Of a DNA stretch of 64,000 bases, positions 35,211-44,896 are shown in pieces. The stretch spans positions 1 through 64,000 of the forward strand of contig JABUFD010000008.1 in the NCBI GenBank assembly GCA_013314735.1, in the 5' to 3' direction. Within the stretch, counting starts at the first letter, position 1. Every line of letters starts with the position of its first letter. Source of the DNA: Anaerolineae bacterium. GTDB lineage: Bacteria > Chloroflexota > Anaerolineae > Anaerolineales > Anaerolineaceae. The notes under the pieces are model-generated. The model made no database searches, was not told the origin of the DNA, and saw nothing but the letters and a program-made list of their open reading frames with translations. Both the position numbers and the translations under genes were made by a program.

Positions 35211-37259
35211 ATGCACGCCGCCGATTTCACCGAGATTTCCAATTTCATCTGGAATACCGCCGACCTGATCCGCAATTACTTCAAGCGTGGGCAGTACCAG
35301 TCCGTCATCCTGCCCTTCACGGTCCTGCGCCGCATTGACAGTGTGCTGGTGCCCACCAAGCAGGCTGTCCTGGCAGAATACCACAAACGCAAAGGGGAGA
35401 TCGATGACCTTTACCCACGGCTCACCCGCGTTTCGGGCTATGCTTTCTACAACACCTCGCCCTACACCTTCGAGAGCCTGCTGGATGACGCCCCCAACCT
35501 GGCCGCCAACCTGATGGCCTACATCAACGCCTTTTCCCCCAACATGGTCGAGGTGCTGGAGAAGTTCAAGTTCCCCACCATCGTCAAAGAACTGGACGAT
35601 GCCAACCTGCTCTTCCTGGTGATGCAGCATTTTAAGAACATCGACCTGCACCCGGGGCATGTGCCCAACCTGGCGATGGGCTACATCTTCGAAGACCTGA
35701 TCCGCCGCTTCAACGAAGCCCTCAACGAGAACCCCGGCGAGCACTACACCCCGCGCGAGGTCATCCGCCTGATGGTGAACCTGCTCCTGACCGATCCCGA
35801 CCCCGCCTGGCTGCTGCCCAATATCGTCCACAAGGTGTATGACCCGTGCTGCGGCACTGGCGGCATGCTCACCATTGCCCGTGACCGCATCCTGGAACTC
35901 AACCCGCAGGCCGATGTGCGCCTGTTCGGGCAGGAGCTCAACCCCGAAACCTGGGCGGTGTGCAAGTCGGATATGTTCCTCAAAAGCGCTGACGGCCGCG
36001 ACGCCGACAACATCCGCAGTGAATCGTCGCTCTCCAAAGACAAGTTCAAAGAGGAAACCTTCAATCTGCTCCTCACCAATCCCCCGTATGGCATGGATTG
36101 GAAATCGGAAAAGGAATTCATCGACAAGGAAGCCGCCCTGGGTTCGCGTGGGCGCTTCAGTGCCGGTACACCGCGAGTTTCCGATGGCCAACTGCTGTTC
36201 CTGCAGCACCTGATCAGCAAGATGGCTGCCCCGGTGGAAGGTTCCGGCGGGGCGCGCATCGCGATCGTCCTCAACGGTTCGCCGCTCTTCACCGGCGACG
36301 CCGGCTCGGGTGAATCCGAGATTCGCCGCTGGATCCTGGAGCATGACTGGCTCGAAGCGATCATCGCCCTGCCGGAGCAGCTCTTTTACAACACCGGCAT
36401 TGCCACCTATATCTGGCTCCTCACCAACCACAAGCCCGCCGCGCGCCGCGGCAAGGTGCAATTGATCGACGCCACCGGTATGTGGACCCCGATGCGCAAA
36501 TCGCTGGGCGACAAGCGCCGTGAAATTGGCGAGGCGCAGATCACCGAGATCACCCGCATCTTCCACGCCTTCGCGGAAAGCGAGCGCTCGAAAATCTTCG
36601 ACACCACCGCCTTCGGCTTCCGCAAGATCACAGTCGAACGCCCGTTGCGCCTCAACTTCCAGGCCAGTGCGGAGCGCATCGCGCGCCTGCATGAGGAAAC
36701 CGCCTTCAAGAACCTGGCCGCCAGCAAGAAGAAGAACCCCGCCGACCGCCGGGAGGAAGAAGCCGCCGGGCGCGCCCTGCAGCAGGACCTGCTCACTACC
36801 CTGAACACCCTGCCCGGCGAGGTATTCACCGACCGCGCCCGCTTTGAGAAAGCCCTCGACAAAGCCCTGCGCCAGGCCGGGCTGAAGCCCCCCGCCGCGC
36901 TGCGCAAGGCCATCCTCAACGCGCTTTCCGAACGCGACGAAAACGCTGCCCCCTGCCGCGACAGCAAGGGCAATCCCGAACCCGACCCCGACCTGCGCGA
37001 CACGGAGAACGTCCCGCTGGGCGAGGCCATCGAAGACTACTTTGCGCGCGAGGTGCTGCCCTACGTGCCCGATGCCTGGATTGCGCCCGACAAGACCGAT
37101 GCCCTCGACGGCCGGGTGGGCGTGGTGGGTTACGAGATCAACTTCAACCGCTACTTTTACCAATACCAGCCCCCGCGCCCGTTGGCGGAGATCGAAGCCG
37201 AGATCAAGGCGCTGGAGCGGGAGATCATGAGTTTGTTAGGAGAGATGACAGATGAATGA
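35211..37259 (+). CDS. hsdM: type I restriction-modification system, N6-adenine methyltransferase subunit
   Basis: N-terminal HsdM-N block (FIWNTADLIRNYFKRGQY..VILPFTVLRR), SAM motif DPCCGTGGML, catalytic LLTNPPYG. Confidence 0.9.
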   Translation: MHAADFTEISNFIWNTADLIRNYFKRGQYQSVILPFTVLRRIDSVLVPTKQAVLAEYHKRKGEIDDLYPRLTRVSGYAFYNTSPYTFESLLDDAPNLAANLMAYINAFSPNMVEVLEKFKFPTIVKELDDANLLFLVMQHFKNIDLHPGHVPNLAMGYIFEDLIRRFNEALNENPGEHYTPREVIRLMVNLLLTDPDPAWLLPNIVHKVYDPCCGTGGMLTIARDRILELNPQADVRLFGQELNPETWAVCKSDMFLKSADGRDADNIRSESSLSKDKFKEETFNLLLTNPPYGMDWKSEKEFIDKEAALGSRGRFSAGTPRVSDGQLLFLQHLISKMAAPVEGSGGARIAIVLNGSPLFTGDAGSGESEIRRWILEHDWLEAIIALPEQLFYNTGIATYIWLLTNHKPAARRGKVQLIDATGMWTPMRKSLGDKRREIGEAQITEITRIFHAFAESERSKIFDTTAFGFRKITVERPLRLNFQASAERIARLHEETAFKNLAASKKKNPADRREEEAAGRALQQDLLTTLNTLPGEVFTDRARFEKALDKALRQAGLKPPAALRKAILNALSERDENAAPCRDSKGNPEPDPDLRDTENVPLGEAIEDYFAREVLPYVPDAWIAPDKTDALDGRVGVVGYEINFNRYFYQYQPPRPLAEIEAEIKALEREIMSLLGEMTDE

Positions 37260-39150
37260 AAATGAAGGGGTGATTACTCGCATTGATGCAAATGCAAAAA
37301 ATGTCAGCGAATTATTGAAAGATAAAAATTACGAAATTGACTTTTATCAACGAGAATATCGATGGGAAACCCGCCACATCGAAGAATTAATCACTGATCT
37401 TACGGATAGATTTTTTGAAAGTTATCAAGAAACCCACACGAGAAAGGACGATGGGCCTAAATATGTCCACTATTTTTTAGGGCCGATCATTCTCAGCAAG
37501 CGCAACGGCAAAACATTTATCGTAGATGGACAGCAACGGCTGACATCACTCACCCTGTTATTGATCTATTTGAAACACCTTCAAAAAGAACTAAAAATTC
37601 AAAATCCAGTCAAGCTTGACGATCATATATGTTCTGAGGTTAGAGGCACTTATTCCTTCAACCTTTATGTTGAAGATCGGCAGGATGCGATTGCAGCCTT
37701 GTATAATGATGGCACTTACGAACCCACCAATGGTGATGAGTCAACCAGGAATATTGTCAATCGGTACAGTGAGATTGATACCATCATGCCACCGGACATC
37801 AAACATGAGCATGCCATTTTATTATTCACCGATTGGCTGCTTCTGAACGTTGACCTGATTGAAATTGTAGCCTTCTCAGACGAAGAGGCTTACACTATTT
37901 TTGAAACAATGAATGATCGCGGATTGAATCTTACACAAACCGAGATGCTAAAAGGATACCTGATTGCCAATTTGGGGCAGGAGGTCAATAAAAATAAGGC
38001 CAATGACCTTTGGAAGAAACAACTCGCCAGGTTGGTGAAAATCCACAGAAATGAAGAAGGTGACTTCTTCAAACATTGGCTGCGTGCAAAATATGCACTG
38101 ACTGTCCGTTCAGGCGGTCGAGGAGAAACCAACCAGGATTTTGAGAAAATCGGAACGGAGTTCCACAAGTGGGTGAGAGATAAAAAGGATTTAATCGGGT
38201 TGATTACACCCTACGATTACGAGGTTTTTATCAACGAGAAATTCCAAAAGTTTTCCACCCTCTACCAACTGATTCGCAAATATAGCTTTGAATACACACC
38301 CGGTTTTGAAGCCATTTATTACAACGCGTACAACAACTTTACCTGGCAATACCCGATGCTTTTGTCACCCGTTCGCGACAACGATACAAAGGAAGCAGCA
38401 GAACAGAAAATCATGCTGGTTGCCCGGTATATTGACTATTACATCGCCCACCGGGCGGTGAATTATCTGACGTTGAGTTATGCCTCGCAGCGTACCGCTG
38501 TTGCCAACTTCATTTTCGAGGTCAGAGATTTATCCTATGATGATCTGAAGCAGCAAATCAAAGTGAAAGCAAAGGAGATCGAGCATTACTTCGATGGGGC
38601 TGATGAAAAAAATCGCCAGGGTGTGTTGCAATTTGGCCTGAACCAATGGAGCAAGCGATACATCCGCTATATCCTGGCAAGGCTGACAAGCTTTGTGGAA
38701 ACGCAGAGCAACCAATCAGATAAATTCGTTGAATATACATCCACCAAAATCAAACGTCCTTACGAAATTGAGCACATCTGGGCGGCCAAGTTTGACCGGC
38801 ACAAAGATGAATTTTCAAGTGAGTATGCGTTTTTTGAGAAACGGAACCAGATCGGGGGATTGATCCTGGTGCCCAGAGGCTTCAACCAGTCCTACAATGA
38901 CCTGCCATATGAAGAGAAGCTGCCCTTATACCTACAACAGAATCTCCTGGCACAATCACTCAATCAACAGGCCTATCACAACAATCCTGATTTTAAAGCC
39001 TTCCTGCGCAAAAGCGGCCTGCCTTTTCAACCCCATCGGCAATTCCGTAAAGAAGATATCGACAAACGGAACCTGTTATACAAACAATTGTGTGAACAGG
39101 TCTGGAGTTTGAAATCACTGCTGCAGGATGAAGATGATACCAATGCCTGA
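37252..39150 (+). CDS. DUF262 (ParB-like nuclease fold) + DUF1524 (HNH-like) protein, GmrSD-family type IV restriction enzyme-like, embedded in the type I R-M operon
   Basis: N-terminal ..EIDFYQREYRWE..FLGPIIL..DGQQRLTSL (DUF262). C-terminal ..YEIEHIWA..F..N.IGGL.L.PRGFNQS (DUF1524/HNH). Start overlaps the hsdM stop by 8 nt. Confidence 0.75.
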   Translation: MNENEGVITRIDANAKNVSELLKDKNYEIDFYQREYRWETRHIEELITDLTDRFFESYQETHTRKDDGPKYVHYFLGPIILSKRNGKTFIVDGQQRLTSLTLLLIYLKHLQKELKIQNPVKLDDHICSEVRGTYSFNLYVEDRQDAIAALYNDGTYEPTNGDESTRNIVNRYSEIDTIMPPDIKHEHAILLFTDWLLLNVDLIEIVAFSDEEAYTIFETMNDRGLNLTQTEMLKGYLIANLGQEVNKNKANDLWKKQLARLVKIHRNEEGDFFKHWLRAKYALTVRSGGRGETNQDFEKIGTEFHKWVRDKKDLIGLITPYDYEVFINEKFQKFSTLYQLIRKYSFEYTPGFEAIYYNAYNNFTWQYPMLLSPVRDNDTKEAAEQKIMLVARYIDYYIAHRAVNYLTLSYASQRTAVANFIFEVRDLSYDDLKQQIKVKAKEIEHYFDGADEKNRQGVLQFGLNQWSKRYIRYILARLTSFVETQSNQSDKFVEYTSTKIKRPYEIEHIWAAKFDRHKDEFSSEYAFFEKRNQIGGLILVPRGFNQSYNDLPYEEKLPLYLQQNLLAQSLNQQAYHNNPDFKAFLRKSGLPFQPHRQFRKEDIDKRNLLYKQLCEQVWSLKSLLQDEDDTNA

Positions 39151-39300
39151 GCCAATGGCCATGCGCACAACCAGCAACGCTCCTGCCAATTGCTTGCACG
39201 CGGCTGTGCTTTGCGCTATACTATTCACCAGTAAACCCGCCAAGCCTCTGCCCCATTGGGGCATGCGCCACTGTGGTGGGTGTTTCTTTTTGGGGGCAGC

Positions 39301-40629
39301 ATGAATTCCGTCCTCTCCGGCCAATACACCCCCTACCCCGCCTACCAACCCTCCGGCATCGAGTGGCAGGGGGAGATTCCTACGCATTGGGATGTGGTTA
39401 ACTTAAAACATTTGACCGAATGTTTAGATTCAAAACGAATTCCTCTAAATGCAGATCAACGAGGACAAATGCAAGGAGACTATCCTTACTGGGGTGCAAA
39501 TGGAATTGTTGATTTTGTTGGTGACTGGTTATTTGATGAAGAACTTGTGCTGTTAGGTGAAGATGGAGCACCTTTTTTTGATTCCTACAAAGATGTGGCT
39601 TTCTTAGTAAATGGACGAATTTGGGTCAATAATCACATACATATCTTACGGGCAAAAAAAGTGGTTTCAAACTTTCTAGTCTATGTTCTTAACATTGTTG
39701 ATTATAAAAATTTTATCGATGGGAGTACAAGAGATAAACTCACGCAAGGATTAATGGGAATGATACCCATCCCCCTCCCCCCCCTGCCCGAACAACAGAC
39801 CATCGCGGCATTCCTTGACCACCACACGGCGCGGATTGATGCGCTGATCGCGAAGCAGCAGCGCCTGATCGACCTGCTGCACGAGAAGCGCACCGCCCTC
39901 ATCTCGCACGCCGTCACCCAGGGCCTCGACCCCGCCGCCCCCATGCGGGATTCCGGCGTGGCCTGGCTCGGTGAGATTCCGAGTCATTGGGAGGTGCGGA
40001 AAATAAAATTTATCTTGCGGAATAAAAAGAATGCAATAAAGACAGGACCTTTTGGTAGTCAACTAAAAAATTCAGATATGGCATCAGATGAGGTGAAAGT
40101 ATATAACCAAAGGAATGTGATTGATAGTGACTTTTCTACGGGGGATTACTACATTTCGTCCGAAAAATTTTTAGAATTGAGAGAATTTGAAATTTTCCCT
40201 GATGATATTCTGATTACGACAAGAGGTACTATTGGTAGATGTGCAATATTCCCAGAAAACAGAGATAGAGGAATTTTACATCCATGTTTAATAAGGCTTG
40301 AGTTAGATCAGAACAAAGTTTTGAATCAATTTCTTATTTGGTATATTCAAGATGCCAATCAATTTAAAAGCAACATTTTTTTCGAAAGTAATGCAACAAC
40401 CATTGAAGTTATTTATAGCGGGACTCTAAAACAAGTTTCGGTTGCTGTTCCTCCCATTTCGGAGCAATTAGCCATTATGGATTACCTTGACCGCGAAACC
40501 ACGAAGATTGATACCCTGGTGGAGAAGCAACACCAGGTGATTGAAAGATTGCAGGAATACCGCACGGCGCTGATCAGTGCCGCCGTCACCGGCAAGATCG
40601 ATGTGAGGAGGTGGCAGGATGGATTATAA
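39301..40629 (+). CDS. hsdS: type I R-M specificity subunit (two target-recognition domains)
   Basis: Two AT-rich variable TRDs, each followed by a conserved LPPLPEQQTIAAFLD..ID.LI.KQ / VPPISEQLAIMDYLD..IDTLVEKQ coiled-coil spacer. Confidence 0.85.
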   Translation: MNSVLSGQYTPYPAYQPSGIEWQGEIPTHWDVVNLKHLTECLDSKRIPLNADQRGQMQGDYPYWGANGIVDFVGDWLFDEELVLLGEDGAPFFDSYKDVAFLVNGRIWVNNHIHILRAKKVVSNFLVYVLNIVDYKNFIDGSTRDKLTQGLMGMIPIPLPPLPEQQTIAAFLDHHTARIDALIAKQQRLIDLLHEKRTALISHAVTQGLDPAAPMRDSGVAWLGEIPSHWEVRKIKFILRNKKNAIKTGPFGSQLKNSDMASDEVKVYNQRNVIDSDFSTGDYYISSEKFLELREFEIFPDDILITTRGTIGRCAIFPENRDRGILHPCLIRLELDQNKVLNQFLIWYIQDANQFKSNIFFESNATTIEVIYSGTLKQVSVAVPPISEQLAIMDYLDRETTKIDTLVEKQHQVIERLQEYRTALISAAVTGKIDVRRWQDGL

Positions 40630-41128
40630 CAACCTGGTCAAAGACTTTGCCCAACGCACGCGCGAGAACCTGGCCTACATTGACGCCGCCCATGCCCGCG
40701 GCGAAAACGTGTACGAGGTCACCCAGCTGGTCAATTCCTTGCTGGGGCTGTTGATCTTCCCCCAGCAGCGCTGGGTTAACCGTGTTCCGCGCATCGGTCT
40801 CGAAGAACTGGTGCGGCGCGGCTGGCCGGAAATCCATCCCACCCCACGCATCCAGGCAGATGCACACTTTCAACAGGCCGATAACCTGCATGACCTGGTG
40901 CGCGTTCTGCGCAATTCCATTGCCCACTGCAATATCGAAATTTCGGATGTGGATGCCAACAACGAGATATGCGGCCTGCGCATCTGGAACATCAACCGTC
41001 AGGGAGATAAAACCTGGGAGGCGGAGCTATCCATCGCCGACCTGCGCGCATTGGCAGAAAATTTTGCTGTGCTAATGACGCAGGACCCGCGCAATTGGGG
41101 ATCAGCCGCAGGAGGGGAACACCCATGA
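40619..41128 (+). CDS. small HEPN-like protein (R-x4-H motif LRNSIAH) translationally coupled between hsdS and hsdR
   Basis: 169 aa. RBS GAGGAGG before ATG 40619, which overlaps the hsdS stop; its stop overlaps the hsdR ATG (ATGA). RNSIAHCN fits the HEPN R-x4-6-H motif; the family assignment is tentative. Confidence 0.5.
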   Translation: MDYNNLVKDFAQRTRENLAYIDAAHARGENVYEVTQLVNSLLGLLIFPQQRWVNRVPRIGLEELVRRGWPEIHPTPRIQADAHFQQADNLHDLVRVLRNSIAHCNIEISDVDANNEICGLRIWNINRQGDKTWEAELSIADLRALAENFAVLMTQDPRNWGSAAGGEHP

Positions 41129-44100
41129 GCATCTCGGAAAAATCCTTTGAAGAAACCATCGAAGCCGCGCTGTGCGCCGGTGCCCCCGGCCAGCCGCGCA
41201 GCGTGCGCGAAGCCCCGGCCGGGCTGTTTGAACCCGGCGGCTACCGCCAGCGCCCCCCCGCCGACTACGACCCCGCCCTGTGTCTCATCCCCGAGGACGT
41301 GATCGCCTTCCTCCAGGCCACCCAGCCCGAAGAATGGGCCAAACTCAAGCGCCTCAAACGCGAAGGCGCCCGTGACAGCCTGCTGCGCCGCCTCTCGGAG
41401 GAGATCGGCCGGCGCGGCGTGGTCGATGTCCTGCGCAAGGGCATCAAGGATTCCGGCGCGCGCTTCCAGCTCTATTACCACAAGCCCGCCAGCACCCTCA
41501 ACCCCGAAATCCAGCAGCATTACCGCGCCAACGGGTTCACGGTCATGCGCCAGGTGCATTATGCCACCCGCAGCGGTGATGCCGGCAAATCGCTCGATCT
41601 CGTCCTGTTCCTCAACGGCATCCCCCTCTTCACCGCCGAACTCAAGAACGAGCTCACCGGCCAGAACGTGACCCACGCCATCCGCCAGTACCAGCGCGAC
41701 CGCGACCCGCGCGAGCCGCTGTTTGCCGCCGGGCGCTGCCTGGCGCATTTCGCCGTCGACACCCACCTGGTGTATTTCACCACCCACCTGCGCGGGGAGA
41801 AAACCGCCTTTCTGCCCTTCAACCAGGGCTTCGAGCGCGGCGCCGGCAACCCGCCCTCCTTCTTCGGCTACGATACCGCCTACCTGTGGGAACAGGTCTG
41901 GGCGCGCGATTCCGTCCTCAACCTGGTGCAGAACTTCGTCTACCGCCTGGAAAGCGCCGGCAAGGAGCATACCGTCATCTTCCCGCGCTACCACCAGCTG
42001 GATGCCGTGCGGCGCCTGCTGGCAGATGCCCTGGCACACGGCGCCGGGCAGCGCTACCTGATCCAGCACAGCGCTGGCAGCGGTAAGAGCTACTCCATCG
42101 CCTGGCTGGCGCACCAGTTATCCACCCTGCACGATGCCGAAAATAAGCGCGTGTTTGATTCGATCATCGTCGTCACCGACCGGCGCGTACTCGACCAGGC
42201 CCTGCAGCGCCACGTGGAAAACTTTGAGCAAACCCGCGGGCTGGTGGCCAACATCGGCGAGAACCAGCATTCCGCCGATCTTCGTAAAGCACTGGAGGAA
42301 GGCAAGGACATCATCGTCACCACCATCCAGAAATTCCCCTACATCGTTGACACCATCGGCGCCATGAGCCAGGCGCGCTTTGCCGTCATCATCGACGAAG
42401 CGCATTCCTCGCAGGGCGGCGAAACCGCCCACAAAATGCAGCAGGTGCTCAACGTCAGCACCCTGGAAGAAGCCGAAGCGATCGACGCTGACAGCGGCGA
42501 GGACTGGGAAGACCAGGTGGTGGAAGCGGCGCGCTCGCGCGGCATGCTGCCCAACGTGAGCTACTTCGCCTTCACCGCCACCCCCAAAGCCAAAACCCTC
42601 GAACTCTTTGGCACGCGCCGCCCCGATGGGCAGTACGAAGCCTTCAGCCTGTACGCGATGAAACAGGCCATCGATGAAGGCTTCATCCTCGATGTGCTCC
42701 AGAACTACATCACCTACCAGACCTACTGGAACCTGCTCAAGAAGATCGAGGACGACCCGACCTATGACAAAAAGAAAGCCACCTACCTGCTGAAACACTT
42801 TGTCGACCTGCACCACATCACCATCGAGCGCAAGGCCGAGATCATGCTGGCGCATTTTGATGGCCAGGCGCGCCACCAGGTCAACGGCCAGGCCAAAGCC
42901 ATGATCGTCACCCGTTCGCGCCTGCATGCCGTGCGCTATAAACTGATTATCGACCGCCTGATCCGTGAACACGGCTACCCGTTCGAAGCGCTGGTGGCGT
43001 TTTCCGGCAAGGTGGACGACGGCGGCAAAAGTTACACCGAAAGCGGGATGAACAGCGAAAGCAGCGGTGAGCGCATCCCCGAAAGCGGTACCGCCGATGC
43101 CTTCAAAGGCGAGCGCTTCCGCATCATGATCGTGGCGGAGAAATTCCAGACCGGCTTCGATGAACCGCGCCTGCATACCATGTATGTGGACAAGCGCCTG
43201 CAGGGCCTGCACGCCGTGCAAACCCTCTCGCGCCTCAACCGCATCTACCCGCCCCACAAAAAAGAAGTGGTGGTGATCGACTTCGTCAACGAGGTGGAAG
43301 ACATCGAAGCCGCCTTCCTGCCGTATTATGACCGCACCCTGCTCTCACACGAAACCGACCCCAACCTGCTGTATGATTACGAAGGTGAGATTCGCGGCTA
43401 CAACCTGTTCACCGATGATGACCTGAATGCCTTCGCGCGGGAATACTTCAGCCCCAACCCCAACCAGGCGAAACTATACCGCATCTTCAGCCCGGCCCTG
43501 GCGCATTTTGAGCAGTTGGAGAACGCCGACAAAAAAGCCTGCAAGCAATTTTTGAAAAAATACGTGCGCCTGTATGCCTTCCTGGGGCAGGTGGCGCGCT
43601 TCCAGGACCCTGAACTGGAGAAACTGTACTACTACGCCTACTACCTCGACCGCCTGGCAAAGCTGGAAGCCGAAGAACTGCCGCTGGAGATCATCGACGC
43701 CATCGACCTGGAGTCCCTGCGCGTGCAGCACACCGGCACAAGCCGGATCGACCTGAAACAAACCGGCGCCACGCTGGAACCGGAAAGCGGCCTGCCGCAG
43801 GGGATGGAAGATGCGGAGAAGGAAGCCCTATCACGTATCATCGCGGAACTCAACCAGCGCTTCGGCACCGAATGGACCGAGGAAGACCAGCTGCGCGTGA
43901 TCGAGGAAATCGAGCGCGGGTTGGATACCTCACTCGCCCTGCGCAACAGCGTGGCGGTCAACACCCCGGAAAACGCCAAACTGACCTTTGATGACATCCT
44001 CGATGACCTCCTGCAGGAGATGATCGACACCCATTTTAAGTTCTACAAGCAGATCAACGGCAACCCCGACCTCGGCCAGCGCTTCCGCGAGATCATGTAC

Positions 44101-44139
44101 ACCCGCTACCGCGAACGCGTGGCGCCACCAGGCGCATGA
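41125..44139 (+). CDS. hsdR: type I restriction enzyme R subunit (helicase/nuclease)
   Basis: Walker A HSAGSGKS, DEAH box VIIDEAHSS, helicase motif VI QTLSRLNR. Length 1004 aa. Confidence 0.9.
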   Translation: MSISEKSFEETIEAALCAGAPGQPRSVREAPAGLFEPGGYRQRPPADYDPALCLIPEDVIAFLQATQPEEWAKLKRLKREGARDSLLRRLSEEIGRRGVVDVLRKGIKDSGARFQLYYHKPASTLNPEIQQHYRANGFTVMRQVHYATRSGDAGKSLDLVLFLNGIPLFTAELKNELTGQNVTHAIRQYQRDRDPREPLFAAGRCLAHFAVDTHLVYFTTHLRGEKTAFLPFNQGFERGAGNPPSFFGYDTAYLWEQVWARDSVLNLVQNFVYRLESAGKEHTVIFPRYHQLDAVRRLLADALAHGAGQRYLIQHSAGSGKSYSIAWLAHQLSTLHDAENKRVFDSIIVVTDRRVLDQALQRHVENFEQTRGLVANIGENQHSADLRKALEEGKDIIVTTIQKFPYIVDTIGAMSQARFAVIIDEAHSSQGGETAHKMQQVLNVSTLEEAEAIDADSGEDWEDQVVEAARSRGMLPNVSYFAFTATPKAKTLELFGTRRPDGQYEAFSLYAMKQAIDEGFILDVLQNYITYQTYWNLLKKIEDDPTYDKKKATYLLKHFVDLHHITIERKAEIMLAHFDGQARHQVNGQAKAMIVTRSRLHAVRYKLIIDRLIREHGYPFEALVAFSGKVDDGGKSYTESGMNSESSGERIPESGTADAFKGERFRIMIVAEKFQTGFDEPRLHTMYVDKRLQGLHAVQTLSRLNRIYPPHKKEVVVIDFVNEVEDIEAAFLPYYDRTLLSHETDPNLLYDYEGEIRGYNLFTDDDLNAFAREYFSPNPNQAKLYRIFSPALAHFEQLENADKKACKQFLKKYVRLYAFLGQVARFQDPELEKLYYYAYYLDRLAKLEAEELPLEIIDAIDLESLRVQHTGTSRIDLKQTGATLEPESGLPQGMEDAEKEALSRIIAELNQRFGTEWTEEDQLRVIEEIERGLDTSLALRNSVAVNTPENAKLTFDDILDDLLQEMIDTHFKFYKQINGNPDLGQRFREIMYTRYRERVAPPGA

Positions 44140-44169
44140 TCACGGTTGGTGAGCTTGTGGTTCAACGGG

Positions 44170-44400
44170 CTCACCAACCATCGAAGGGACATTCTGCGGG
44201 TAACTTGCGTTCTCCCCTCGACAGGCTCGGGGAGCGTATTATTTCAACGGTCGCCGAGCCTGTCGAGGCGACATCCTCCGTCCGAGGCGACATCTTAGTC
44301 CGAAGCGACGTCCCCCACCCGAAGCGACAATGTGCGGGTAACTTGCGTTCTCCCCTCGACAGGCTCGGGGAGCGTGTTAATGGGGTGCGTTAATCAGCCT
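44170..44400. repeat. right flanking copy of the T-family hairpin repeat (direct orientation relative to 34715-35075)
   Basis: gacattctgcgggtaacttgcgttctcccctcgacaggctcggggagcgt[a/g]tta repeated twice; contains internal 13-nt tandem cgaggcgacatc-like repeats. Confidence 0.75.
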
Positions 44401-44893
44401 CAAACCCATCCAGCAGGCGCAGGTGGTAGGAACGCAGGGTGCGGTTGTCGGGGTGGTAGAGGAATTCGGCGCGGAAGGGCTGGCCGCGCAGCGCCAGCGG
44501 CAGCCAGTAGGGGTTGTCGGCCCACATCTCCGCCAGCGGCAGGGCCTCCGGCCGGCACCAGTGCGGGGTCATCTCGTCGGTTTCCCGCGGTTCGCCCGGC
44601 AGGGGCACGGCGGCCAGGAACACGTGGCAGAAAAAGGTCTCCTCGCCGTTGTAGTCGATGGTGAAGGTGATCTCCCCCACCTTGCGGAAGGCTTCCGGCG
44701 GGAGCAGCAGCCCGGATTCCTCGGCGAACTCGCGCCGCACGCAGGCGGCGGCATCCTCGCCGGGGTCCACCTTGCCGCCGTAGCTGGTGATCCTGCCGGC
44801 GCCGAAGCCTTTGCGCTTGCGCCCCAGTAACACGCGTCCATCGGCGGGGTCGAGCACAACAACGAGCGTGGTTTGCAGCAGGTCGCTATCCAT
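44390..44893 (-). CDS. NUDIX hydrolase
   Basis: Nudix box GKVDPGEDAAACVRREFAEESGL (G-x5-E-x7-REUxEExGU). Confidence 0.8.
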   Translation of the reverse strand: MDSDLLQTTLVVVLDPADGRVLLGRKRKGFGAGRITSYGGKVDPGEDAAACVRREFAEESGLLLPPEAFRKVGEITFTIDYNGEETFFCHVFLAAVPLPGEPRETDEMTPHWCRPEALPLAEMWADNPYWLPLALRGQPFRAEFLYHPDNRTLRSYHLRLLDGFEAD

Positions 44894-44896
44894 CGC

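Noticed and set aside
35022-37163. 713-aa minus-strand ORF antisense to hsdM (also 32809-34662 + antisense to metG, 44873-47455 + antisense to the HEAT gene, 24404-26035 - antisense to the NFACT gene, 62025-63377 + antisense to the ABC permease)
   Set aside because: All are motif-less, Arg/Gly/Ala-rich shadows of well-supported genes on the opposite strand; no RBS or promoter context.
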